Below are positions 18,850-28,103 of a stretch of DNA of 64,000 nucleotides, in pieces. Each line of letters opens with the position of its first letter. Position 1 is the stretch's first letter. Origin of the DNA: Flavobacteriales bacterium (GTDB lineage: Bacteria > Bacteroidota > Bacteroidia > Flavobacteriales_D > Crocinitomicaceae); NCBI GenBank assembly GCA_947470515.1, contig CANITF010000005.1:50719-114718 (forward strand), in the 5' to 3' direction. The notes beneath the pieces were generated by a model that searched no databases, had not been told where the DNA came from, and saw only the letters and a list, made by a program, of their open reading frames with translations. A program made the position numbers and the translations under genes.

Positions 18850-19800
18850 TTAAGGCACGCAATACAGCGTATCATACGATGTCGAAAATCCTGCCCAAAC
18901 TCCTAAAGCTCCTCCAACAATATTAGTTGGAATATTCGTCGGTGTTGCAAAAGGATTTCCACCTGTTGTCATTTGAACGTATTTTTTCTCAAAGAAATTA
19001 AAAACATCTCTGTCCATTTTTGATAATTTAATCACGACAGAATCACCTAATTGGTAATAACCTTTGTATTCGTCTGGCACAGTCGGATCGTCCCATACCA
19101 TTGGGTTTTCATAAAAGAAATCAAAGGTTAAACCATCAAAGAAATCATCATCAAAAACAGGACTATATGTTTTCGTATAACTGGCATCTAGTGGTTGCCC
19201 ATCAATTCCAACATTGATTCGTTTTACTTCCCACTTATACGAATCATATTGATTTGGAGTATCAGAAAGTCTTGCCCAAGAATAACCGTAATCAGTTAAA
19301 GTTCCATCTGGTTTCCAATATAAATTATCAAAAGTAGTGGCTGGCATTATTGTCGTTGATGAAGTATATGATTTCCCTTCAAATGTTACCGTTAAATAAT
19401 AGGTTTTGCCAACTTGTCCCCACATACTTGCATCGAAAGTTGTGTATGCGCATAAATGGTAATTTGCTAATTCTGCAACTGGAATTCCAAATAATTCTGC
19501 CGCAATAGCTTCTGAACCTTGAGGTAAATTGTCAGTACAAATTTCTTCTAGTACAACTTCAGTAGCTCCGTCCCCAACTTTCACTGTAGCTCCAGAAACA
19601 AAAGAAGCAAGAAAAGCATCGATATTAGTAGGTGAATAAATGTCTTTCGAGCGAGAGAGCAAAACAACAGGCGGAAAATCAGTTTCAATACTTCCATCAA
19701 TCACTAATTGTTCTTCAAAACCAGGAATATCAATCTTCACTTCCTTCGTGCATGAAGTTATTGCGAGAAGAATAATCAATAAGTAGAATGTTTTTTGCAT
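18850..19800 (-). CDS. DUF4249-like lipoprotein (usual partner of CarboxypepD_reg-type TonB-dependent receptors)
   Basis: Lipoprotein signal (LLAITSC), ~316 aa, located downstream of the TonB-dependent receptor on the same strand. The family assignment comes from context and size, not from a diagnostic motif. Confidence 0.55.
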   Translation of the reverse strand: MQKTFYLLIILLAITSCTKEVKIDIPGFEEQLVIDGSIETDFPPVVLLSRSKDIYSPTNIDAFLASFVSGATVKVGDGATEVVLEEICTDNLPQGSEAIAAELFGIPVAELANYHLCAYTTFDASMWGQVGKTYYLTVTFEGKSYTSSTTIMPATTFDNLYWKPDGTLTDYGYSWARLSDTPNQYDSYKWEVKRINVGIDGQPLDASYTKTYSPVFDDDFFDGLTFDFFYENPMVWDDPTVPDEYKGYYQLGDSVVIKLSKMDRDVFNFFEKKYVQMTTGGNPFATPTNIPTNIVGGALGVWAGFSTSYDTLYCVP

Positions 19801-19817
19801 TTTATATGTCTAATTTT

Positions 19818-20075
19818 CTATGTTTTCAACTTGTCTATGTGTTCTATGTTCCACTTCGATAAACTCAGTGCATCGCTATGTGTTTAATAATTTTTTGACT
19901 ACAAATTCACAAAGTTCACAAAAGTGCATCAAAACTATGTTTTCTATGTGTCTATGTGTTTTAAAATTTTTTAACTACAAATTCACAAAGTTCACAAAAG
20001 TGCATCAAAACTATGTGTTCTATGTTTCACTTCGATAAACTTAGTGCATCGCTATGTGTTTAATATTTTTTTTCA
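19818..20075. repeat. Composite repeat island made of modules that each begin with CTATGT. The order is 17-mer, P (41 nt), Q (59 nt), 17-mer, Q, P, then a truncated Q.
   Basis: P1 is 19835-19875 and P2 is 20011-20051 (2 mismatches). Q1 is 19876-19934 and Q2 is 19952-20010, with a 43-nt exact core at 19898-19940 = 19974-20016. The 17-mers are at 19818-19834 and 19935-19951. P and Q both end in AGTGCATC. Confidence 0.95.
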
Positions 20076-20079
20076 AAAC

Positions 20080-22479
20080 TCAAAATTCAAAATTCCACGT
20101 CACACTCGGTATAATTGGAAACAATGAAACTTGCTTAACACTAATTTTAAAATCCCCATTTAAAAAATCCCCGTTACTATCCACATACATAAAGAATGGA
20201 TTAGCTCGGTTGTAAACATTGTAAACGGAAAAAGACCAATTACTTCTAAAACGTTTTTTAACCTTGATTGGTTCACCAGTTAATTCATCTTGTTTTACTT
20301 TGTACGATTTGTCATACAATGTTGCTGACAAGTCTAGACGGTGATAAGGTGCCATTCTTGTCGAATTTCTTGCACCATAATTGAAGAGTAAACTCTGTTC
20401 TTGAACGTACCAAGAAGTTGGCAATGTCAATGTGTTTCCAGTTGCATAAATAAATGCTGCTCCAAATGTCCAACGTTCATTTAATTTATAACCTGCAACA
20501 ATTGACAAATCATGTCGACGGTCATATTTTGCAGGAAAAACATTACCAGTGTTCAAATCAGGGAATTTGCGTTCTGTTTTCGCTAAGGTATAACCAATCC
20601 AACCAGTTAATTTACCATACGCTTTCTTTACAAAAAATTCAATTCCATATGCTTGTCCAGTTCCAAAAACCAAGATGTTATCTGTATTGTCATTGACGTT
20701 ATCTCCAGGTAATGCTCCTTCTTTGTACTCAATCAAGTTTTTCATTCCTTTGTAATACACTTCAACTGAAGTTTCATATTTATCATCCTTGAAATTATGA
20801 AAATAGCCCAATGACCCTTGCCATCCTTTTTGTGGCTTTGCCTTATCAGTGCTTGGATACCAAATATCTGTTGGCAATGAAACAGCACTTAAAGATGTCA
20901 AGTGAACATATTGGTAATTGTATGAATATCCTGCTTTTATAGAGCTTGTTTCAGATAGCAACCAACGACCCGAAACTCTTGGTTCTAGTCCGCTGTAAAA
21001 CTTAATTAGATCTCCTTTTGAATAATTAACAACAGAATCTGGATTGCTTATATCTCCTTTGATGTAGCGTTTAAAAGGTCCAACATGTTGATACATACTG
21101 TAGCGTAATCCAGCATTTAGTTTAATTTTTTCGTTTAGATCAAATTCATCTAAAACATAAACTGCTGATTCATGACTGTACAATTTTTGTGCTTCACCTG
21201 TATCGAAAACAATGTCTTGAGAAGCGGCCGAAACACTCGTTGGATTGAATGTGTGATAGATATATTCTGCTCCCCATTTAAGTTTATGCCGTGTACTTGG
21301 AAAATAAGTGAAGTCAACTTTAGCACCAATATCTGTAATTTGAGATTTTAAAGCAAAACGAAATTCATCTTGTTCTGATCCAAATTTAAACTGATAATCA
21401 GAAAAAGTAGAAGTGACATTCATAAATAATTTATTGGAAAATAAATGGTTCCATCTCAGTGCTGCAATTCCATTTCCCCATGGCATATCGACAGAAAAAG
21501 CATCCGTTTTGTTCCCGTAAGTAAAAACATCTTTACCATAATATCCGCTTAAATAAATTCTATCTTTTTCTGTCAATTTGTAATTTAATTTTAAATTCAA
21601 ATCGTAGAAATAATAACTTGAACCTGAGAAAGGAGAAGTTTCTGGAATCGCGGCTTTCATGATTACATCAATATACGTTCGTCTTGCAGAAACAATGAAA
21701 GAACCTTTGTCTTTTTTTAGTGGGCCTTCGATTGTTAAACGGGATGAAATAACGCCTAATCCACCTTTGATTTTAAACTTTTTATTATTTCCTTCATTCA
21801 TGTGAACTTCTAAAACGGATGACATTCGACCACCATAATTTGCTGGCATTCCTCCTTTTATCAACGTCACACTTTTAATTGCATCAACATTGAAAACTGA
21901 GAAAAAACCAAAAAGATGTGCTGCATTGTAAACAACTCCTTCATCCAATAAAACCAAATTTTGATCTGGGCCACCACCACGAACGTAAAATCCTTGTCCA
22001 CCTTCAGAAACGGATGAAACTCCAGGTAATAATTGAATCGCTTTGATAATATCTACTTCTCCCATGAAAGCGGGTAACGTTTTTATTTTTTCTACATCCA
22101 AATCTATTTGACCTATTCGAGCAGAATTTACGTTTTCTCCTTTTTTTGCACTGATAGTGACTTCATCAATACTTTTTATTTCGCTAGACATTTCAATATT
22201 GAAAATCACATCAGCCGTTAAATCAAATTCCTTTACAACGGTTTCCATTCCACCAGAACGAAATTCAATGGTATGTTTTCCACTTTCAACCGTCAACGAA
22301 TAAAAGCCGTAAGTATTTGTTACTGCTCCTTGACGAATTGCTGGAATGTATATTTTAGCGTTTATAATCGCCTCACCACTCTCAGCATCTGTAATCGTGC
22401 CGCTCAATGTGCTTTTCTTTTGAGCAAAGGAAAATGTCAGGAAATAAAGACTAAAAAGGGCAAGTAGAGTATAACGCAT
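20080..22479 (-). CDS. TonB-dependent receptor with an N-terminal carboxypeptidase-regulatory-like domain and a plug
   Basis: The likely start is MRYTLLALFSLYF (signal peptide), 60 nt inside the listed ORF. TLSGTITDAESGEAIINAKIY is CarbopepD_reg-like. GVSSVSEGGQGFYVRGG lies in the plug, and the C-terminus ends in an aromatic residue (WNFEF). Confidence 0.88.
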   Translation of the reverse strand: MRYTLLALFSLYFLTFSFAQKKSTLSGTITDAESGEAIINAKIYIPAIRQGAVTNTYGFYSLTVESGKHTIEFRSGGMETVVKEFDLTADVIFNIEMSSEIKSIDEVTISAKKGENVNSARIGQIDLDVEKIKTLPAFMGEVDIIKAIQLLPGVSSVSEGGQGFYVRGGGPDQNLVLLDEGVVYNAAHLFGFFSVFNVDAIKSVTLIKGGMPANYGGRMSSVLEVHMNEGNNKKFKIKGGLGVISSRLTIEGPLKKDKGSFIVSARRTYIDVIMKAAIPETSPFSGSSYYFYDLNLKLNYKLTEKDRIYLSGYYGKDVFTYGNKTDAFSVDMPWGNGIAALRWNHLFSNKLFMNVTSTFSDYQFKFGSEQDEFRFALKSQITDIGAKVDFTYFPSTRHKLKWGAEYIYHTFNPTSVSAASQDIVFDTGEAQKLYSHESAVYVLDEFDLNEKIKLNAGLRYSMYQHVGPFKRYIKGDISNPDSVVNYSKGDLIKFYSGLEPRVSGRWLLSETSSIKAGYSYNYQYVHLTSLSAVSLPTDIWYPSTDKAKPQKGWQGSLGYFHNFKDDKYETSVEVYYKGMKNLIEYKEGALPGDNVNDNTDNILVFGTGQAYGIEFFVKKAYGKLTGWIGYTLAKTERKFPDLNTGNVFPAKYDRRHDLSIVAGYKLNERWTFGAAFIYATGNTLTLPTSWYVQEQSLLFNYGARNSTRMAPYHRLDLSATLYDKSYKVKQDELTGEPIKVKKRFRSNWSFSVYNVYNRANPFFMYVDSNGDFLNGDFKISVKQVSLFPIIPSVTWNFEF

Positions 22480-22660
22480 TTGGATAAAATCAAATTTATT
22501 TGGTGTAAAAATACGCACAACAGAAAATACTTCATGCAAAGTTCATGTTAATTCTTTTTATTCGAAATGTTAATCTCTGATTAGTGCATTTTTTGACGTT
22601 AAAAATTCATTGAATTTCCTTAAATTCGCCATTCAATTTTTTGTCAAATACTCACACAGA

Positions 22661-25096
22661 ATGAAAATATCATACAATTGGCTTAAACAATACGTCAAAA
22701 CGGAACTTTCTCCACAACAAATGGATGGAATTTTAACGGATACAGGTTTAGAAGTTGAAAGCGTTGAAAAATTAGAAGCTGTGAAAGGTGGACTTGAAGG
22801 TGTTATCGTTGGTGAGGTACTTACTTGTGAAAAACATCCTGATGCAGATAAATTAAAAGTGACTACCGTGACAATTGGTGGAGAGCCTTTACAAATTGTG
22901 TGTGGTGCGCCAAATGTTGCTGTTGGACAAAAAGTTATTGTTGCTACTGTTGGTTGTACGCTTTATCCTACGCCAGATGAACCTTTGAAAATGAAAGTTT
23001 CCAAAATTCGTGGTGTTGAATCACATGGAATGTTATGTGCTGAAGATGAATTGGGAATGGGACAGTCACATGCTGGGATCTTGGTTTTAGATGCTGAAAC
23101 AAAAGTTGGCACAACAGCCGCTTCCTTATTTGATTTGGAAGACGATTATCAAATTGAGATTGGTTTAACGCCTAACCGTGCAGATGCAATGGGACATATT
23201 GGTGTTGCACGTGATTTAATAGCGTATTTGAATTTCCACAAAAAGGAAAATTTGACACTTCAAATGCCTTCAATTGCTGATTTTAACGTTCAAAATACAA
23301 GTTTACCAATAACTATTGCAGTTGAGAATTCAGAATTGTGCCCACGTTATGTTGGAACAACGATAAAAAATGTAAAAATCAAACCTTCTCCAGCGTGGTT
23401 GCAAAAAAGTTTGCGTGCTGTTGGACTTTCGCCAATAAACAATGTGGTGGATGTTACGAATTACATAATGCGTGAATTGGGAACTCCTTTGCATGCTTTT
23501 GATGTTCGTTCATTGAATGGAAAAATTGTTGTTAAAACGGCAACTGAAGGAGAGAAATTTGTGACGTTAGATGGAGTTGAAAGAACGCTTTCTTCAGAAA
23601 ATTTAATGATAACGAATGGCACTGAAAACTTATGTATTGCAGGCGTTTTTGGTGGAGCTGATTCTGGAATCAAAGACGATACCACCGAGGTGTTTTTAGA
23701 ATCTGCGTATTTCAATCCTGTTTCAGTGCGTAAAACGGCGAAGTTTCATGGAATGAATACCGATGCAAGTTTCCGTTTTGAAAGAGGCGTTGATCCAAAT
23801 TTGACTGCATTTGCGCTGAAGCGTGCTGCGCTTTTAATTCAAGAAGTTGCTGGTGGTGAAATTGCAATGGATGTTGTAGATGTTTATCCAAATAAAATTG
23901 AAAATAAGGTTGTTGAATTCAGTTACGACCGATGCAATAAATTAATTGGTTCTTCTATTTCAGTTCAAGATATCGATCGAATTTTAACCTCTTTGGATAT
24001 CAAAATTCTTTCTGTTTCGAATGGAATTGCACAAGTTGAAGTTCCAGCTTATCGTGTGGATGTTACACGTGAGGCCGATTTAACGGAAGAAGTTTTACGC
24101 ATCTATGGTTTCAACAACGTTCCTTTACCTGAAAAATTAAACACCTCAATTGGTGTTTTTCCTAAACCAGATTTAGAAAAAGTTCAAAATGTTCTTTCGG
24201 AAATGTTGGTTGGAAAAGGCTTAGTTGAAATGTTGAATAATTCTTTAACAACTTCGGTTTATACCGAGAAATTAGGAGGAGAAGTGCTTCAATCCCAACG
24301 CAATGTTCAAATGTTGAATCCTTTGAGTCAAGAATTAGATGTGATGCGTCAAAGTTTGATTTTTAATGCCTTGGAAGTTGTTCAGCACAATCAAAACCGT
24401 CAACATGCAGATTTGAAATTGTTTGAATTTGGAAAAGTTTACCATAAATGCGAAAGTGGGTATGCTGAGAACAAACGTTTGATCCTTGTTTTAACTGGGA
24501 AGAAAGAACAAGAATCCTGGAATGCATCCAAAGAGCAATTTTCCTATTATTCAATGAAAGGATTGGTGAATGCTTTGTTCAGCCGACTTGGATTGAATGG
24601 TATGTTGCAGGAAAGTGCATTGAAAAATTCGCTGTTAAACGATGGAGTTCAATTGACGATCTTGAAAAAGAAAGTGGGTGAGATTGGTTGGGTAAATAGT
24701 GCTTCTAAGAAACATTTCGGAATTAAAAATGAAGTGTTTATTGCTGATCTTGATTGGGATGCAATTACGGAAAGTCTACAATACGTAAAAGTGAAATACA
24801 GTGAATTGCCAAAAACATTTGCTGTTCGCCGTGATTTCTCTTTGCTTTTAAATACGGCAACAAGTTTTTCAGAAATTGAAACAATCGCTAAAAATTGTGA
24901 CAAGAAAATTCTGAAAGAAGTTGGTTTGTTTGATGTGTATGAAGGCAAAAACCTAGAGGAAGGAAAGAAATCGTATGCGGTATCATTCACGTTCCAAGAC
25001 CAAGAACAAACCTTGAAAGACAACCAAATTGATGCAATCATGGAAAAGATTCGTGTTGAGTTGGAAGGGAAATTGGGAGCGGAGTTGAGAAGTTAG
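22661..25096 (+). CDS. pheT: Phenylalanine--tRNA ligase beta subunit
   Basis: The start MKISYNWLKQY is the canonical PheT N-terminus (ATG at 22661). A tRNA-binding domain (HPDADKLKV...QIVCGAPN), B3/4, B5 and a C-terminal FDX-ACB-like domain are present. Confidence 0.93.
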   Translation: MKISYNWLKQYVKTELSPQQMDGILTDTGLEVESVEKLEAVKGGLEGVIVGEVLTCEKHPDADKLKVTTVTIGGEPLQIVCGAPNVAVGQKVIVATVGCTLYPTPDEPLKMKVSKIRGVESHGMLCAEDELGMGQSHAGILVLDAETKVGTTAASLFDLEDDYQIEIGLTPNRADAMGHIGVARDLIAYLNFHKKENLTLQMPSIADFNVQNTSLPITIAVENSELCPRYVGTTIKNVKIKPSPAWLQKSLRAVGLSPINNVVDVTNYIMRELGTPLHAFDVRSLNGKIVVKTATEGEKFVTLDGVERTLSSENLMITNGTENLCIAGVFGGADSGIKDDTTEVFLESAYFNPVSVRKTAKFHGMNTDASFRFERGVDPNLTAFALKRAALLIQEVAGGEIAMDVVDVYPNKIENKVVEFSYDRCNKLIGSSISVQDIDRILTSLDIKILSVSNGIAQVEVPAYRVDVTREADLTEEVLRIYGFNNVPLPEKLNTSIGVFPKPDLEKVQNVLSEMLVGKGLVEMLNNSLTTSVYTEKLGGEVLQSQRNVQMLNPLSQELDVMRQSLIFNALEVVQHNQNRQHADLKLFEFGKVYHKCESGYAENKRLILVLTGKKEQESWNASKEQFSYYSMKGLVNALFSRLGLNGMLQESALKNSLLNDGVQLTILKKKVGEIGWVNSASKKHFGIKNEVFIADLDWDAITESLQYVKVKYSELPKTFAVRRDFSLLLNTATSFSEIETIAKNCDKKILKEVGLFDVYEGKNLEEGKKSYAVSFTFQDQEQTLKDNQIDAIMEKIRVELEGKLGAELRS

Positions 25097-25231
25097 TATT
25101 TTATTGCAATATTTGAAAATTTGATTTATCTGCAATAAAAAACAGAAATACGAAGATTTGAGATAAAATTCGTGTAATTTCTGTAATTACCTTCGGTGCT
25201 GTTTTGCGGACATAGACAAAAATTTTAAATC

Positions 25232-25864
25232 ATGTCGAATAAGAATAAAAAATTCATCATTACAGGTATCGGAACCGACATCGGTAAAACGGTTGTGAGC
25301 GCCATTATTGCTCAATCGCTTGATGCATTTTATTGGAAACCAATCCAAGCTGGGGAATTAGAAAATTCTGACAGTATTAAAGTTCAAAATTGGACAAGTG
25401 ATTCTGTAACTATTTTGCAAGAAAAATTTAGACTTTCTCAGCCAATGTCGCCTCATGCAGCTGCAGAAATCGATGGAGTTGAAATCGCAAAAGAAGCATT
25501 TCAATTGCCTTTGGTTGAAGGAAATTTAGTTGTTGAAGGAGCAGGAGGTTTGATGGTTCCTTTGAATCAAAAAGGATTGTTATTGATTGAATTGTTCGAA
25601 GAATGGAATTTGCCTGTTATTGTTGTTTCAAGACATTATGTAGGAAGTATCAATCATACGTTGTTGACTGTCGAAGCATTGAAAAATAGAAAAATAAACA
25701 TTGAGGGAATTGTATTTGTTGGAGATGAAAATAAAGCAACAGAATCGTTTATTCTTAATTATACCGATCTCAAAATGATAACGAGAATTCCATTGACGAG
25801 TGAAGTGAACACCGAATTTATTCAAAATCAAGCACGAATTTTAAAAGAAGCAAACGTTCTATAA
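25232..25864 (+). CDS. bioD: Dethiobiotin synthase
   Basis: P-loop ITGIGTDIGKTVVSA and an EGAGGLMVP motif. ~210 aa, immediately upstream of bioA. Confidence 0.88.
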   Translation: MSNKNKKFIITGIGTDIGKTVVSAIIAQSLDAFYWKPIQAGELENSDSIKVQNWTSDSVTILQEKFRLSQPMSPHAAAEIDGVEIAKEAFQLPLVEGNLVVEGAGGLMVPLNQKGLLLIELFEEWNLPVIVVSRHYVGSINHTLLTVEALKNRKINIEGIVFVGDENKATESFILNYTDLKMITRIPLTSEVNTEFIQNQARILKEANVL

Positions 25865-25865
25865 G

Positions 25866-27158
25866 ATGTCAGAAATTAGTCAAAAAGATAAACAATACGT
25901 TTGGCATCCATTTACCCAAATGCAAACCGCTTCAGATGCAATTGAAATTGTCAAAGCAAAGGATGCGGTTTTGTTTGCTGCTGATGGAAAGGAATATATA
26001 GATTGCAATTCTTCTTGGTGGGTAAATGTACACGGTCACGGAAACGAACACATTGCAACTGCAATTTCAGAACAATTCAAAAAAATAGATCATGTAATAT
26101 TTGCTGGATTCACACATGCTAAAGCCGTTGAATTAGCTGAAAGAGTTGTTCACATTCTACCAGAACCTTTGCAAAAAGTTTTTTTCTCTGATAATGGCTC
26201 AACGGCTGTTGAAGTAGCCTTGAAAATGGTGGTGCAATATTGGCATAATCTCGATGAACCGAAAAGAAGAATTTTAGCGTTGGACGGTGCTTATCACGGA
26301 GATACATTTGGCGCCATGGCTGTTGGACAAAGAGGATATTTCAATGCGCCTTTTGAACCGTTTTTCTTTGATGTGGCTTTCTTGGATTTTCCTACAGAAG
26401 AAAATGAACGAGAACAATTGGCGTATGCTGAAAAGCTATTTCAAACGAATGAATTTGCAGCTGTAATTGTTGAACCATTAATTCAAGGTTCATCTGGAAT
26501 GCGCACTTATTCGAGTTCCTTTTTAGATTCTTTGATCAACCTAGCTAAAAAACACAAAGTACTCGTCATTTTTGATGAGGTTATGACAGCGTGGGGAAGA
26601 ACTGGTAAATTATTTGCGATGAACCATTGCGCTGTAACGCCTGATATTGTTTGTCTTTCCAAAGGATTAACTGGAGGGGTTTTACCTTTAGGATTGACCG
26701 TTGCAACCAATAAAATTTACAACGCCTTCTTATCAGTAGACAAATCGAAAGCATTACTTCATGGTCATTCATTCACTGGGAACGCATTATCTTGTGCTGC
26801 GGCATGTGCAAGTCTTGATCTATTCGAAAAAGAATCCACTTGGAAAAATATTAAGAGAATTGAAGACGCAAATTTGGCATATCAAGCTTCTATTGTAAAT
26901 CATAATGCAGTTTACGAAACAAGAGTTTTAGGAACTATTTTGGCAATTGAATTGGAAACGGGAGAAGGAAATACGTATTTCTCCAACATTCGAGACAAAG
27001 CATATAACTTCTTTTTAGAACAAGGATTGTTGATTCGTCCATTGGGAAATGTGATTTTCATTAATCCACCTTATTGTATCTCTAACGAGCAATTAGCGTT
27101 GATCTATAAAGCATTTGATTCTTTTTTGTTAAATATTCAGAAAGAAAAAACAATTTAA
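25866..27158 (+). CDS. bioA: Adenosylmethionine-8-amino-7-oxononanoate aminotransferase
   Basis: Class-III aminotransferase. Motifs are WHPFTQM, SSWWVNVHGH, DEVMTAWGRTGKLFA and a SKGLTGG PLP-lysine region. It starts 2 nt after bioD. Confidence 0.9.
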   Translation: MSEISQKDKQYVWHPFTQMQTASDAIEIVKAKDAVLFAADGKEYIDCNSSWWVNVHGHGNEHIATAISEQFKKIDHVIFAGFTHAKAVELAERVVHILPEPLQKVFFSDNGSTAVEVALKMVVQYWHNLDEPKRRILALDGAYHGDTFGAMAVGQRGYFNAPFEPFFFDVAFLDFPTEENEREQLAYAEKLFQTNEFAAVIVEPLIQGSSGMRTYSSSFLDSLINLAKKHKVLVIFDEVMTAWGRTGKLFAMNHCAVTPDIVCLSKGLTGGVLPLGLTVATNKIYNAFLSVDKSKALLHGHSFTGNALSCAAACASLDLFEKESTWKNIKRIEDANLAYQASIVNHNAVYETRVLGTILAIELETGEGNTYFSNIRDKAYNFFLEQGLLIRPLGNVIFINPPYCISNEQLALIYKAFDSFLLNIQKEKTI

Positions 27159-27205
27159 ACAACACAAAACACGTTTTCATTCGTTATTCTATAAAATTGA
27201 CATTT

Positions 27206-27697
27206 ATGAAACTTAAAATCTTTTATTTATTCGCACTTGTCTTGACTTCTTGTCAAGGTCAAAATACACTTTCAACTAATTCAACAAAAGCTATGGATTC
27301 GACAATAAAATACAATGACTTAACGTCACAGCAAGAACAAGTTTTGGTCAACAAAGCAACAGATCGTCCGTATACTGGTGATTATTATGAAAAAAAAGAC
27401 AATGGTTTGTATATTTGCCGTCGTTGCAATAATCCTCTTTACACATCAGAAGATAAATTTGATTCGCATTGTGGATGGCCAAGTTTTGATGATGAAATTA
27501 AAGGTTCAGTAACACGTATTCTGGATGCCGATGGAAGAAGAACAGAAATTGTGTGCAACAATTGTGAAGGTCATTTAGGACATGTTTTCCTAGGTGAACA
27601 AATGACTGATAAAAACACACGTCATTGTGTAAATACAAGTTCAATTTTATTTGTCCCAAAAGACAAAACAAAGGAACTTCCAGCAGTGATAAAATAG
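27206..27697 (+). CDS. msrB: Peptide-methionine (R)-S-oxide reductase MsrB with a lipoprotein-type signal peptide
   Basis: CRRCNNPLY...CNNCEGHLGHVF (two CxxC Zn motifs) and HCGWPSF. The ATG at 27206 gives MKLKIFYLFALVLTSC, which has a lipobox-like LTSC. Confidence 0.88.
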   Translation: MKLKIFYLFALVLTSCQGQNTLSTNSTKAMDSTIKYNDLTSQQEQVLVNKATDRPYTGDYYEKKDNGLYICRRCNNPLYTSEDKFDSHCGWPSFDDEIKGSVTRILDADGRRTEIVCNNCEGHLGHVFLGEQMTDKNTRHCVNTSSILFVPKDKTKELPAVIK

Positions 27698-27737
27698 AAT
27701 ATTATCCTTATTTTCACATCTGATTAATCATAAATTA

Positions 27738-28103
27738 ATGAGCTTCGAAAATATTTTTAGACAATTAGTAGATATTCAATATCAGGCAGATAAAATTCTG
27801 AAGTCTAAGGTTATTGAAGAAACTGCTATTGAGGATTTTGCGACTTATTCAAAAGATTTAAAATTAAGATTATTGACTATCGAATTGAACGAGGAATTAT
27901 CAATTCACGTTAATGACATTGAAGCAATTGATCCAAAATTAAATCCAAAACCACCAATTGTTACAACGATTTTAGGTGCTTTGAGTTTTGGTGTTGCAAC
28001 GAAAAGATATAGAAGTAAAAAGCGTCAGGAATATTTTCGAGAAAATGTAATGGCTACGAAAAATCAATATTCTTTTATTGATACATTGCTTAAAGAAAGC
28101 TGA
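27738..28103 (+). CDS. Hypothetical protein (121 aa, one weak hydrophobic segment)
   Basis: ORF only, with no motif I recognise. Its stop codon abuts the stop of the convergent aminotransferase gene. Confidence 0.45.
   Translation: MSFENIFRQLVDIQYQADKILKSKVIEETAIEDFATYSKDLKLRLLTIELNEELSIHVNDIEAIDPKLNPKPPIVTTILGALSFGVATKRYRSKKRQEYFRENVMATKNQYSFIDTLLKES

Noticed and set aside
19820-20038. Listed 72-aa ORF (MFSTCLCVLCSTS...) spanning the repeat island
   Set aside because: It reads the two P copies and the two Q copies in different frames, so the repeats are not conserved as protein. It is Cys/Phe-rich low-complexity sequence generated by the CTATGTG words. I treat it as an artefact of the repeats.
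19818-20075. Possible CRISPR array
   Set aside because: The repeat modules are contiguous with no unique spacers of regular length, module lengths vary (17/41/59 nt), and no cas genes are in the window.
20074-20095. Heptamer array CAAAACT CAAAATT CAAAATT at the edge of the repeat island
   Set aside because: Most of it is the coding 3' end of the TonB-dependent receptor (..TWNFEF*), so I did not count it as an intergenic array.
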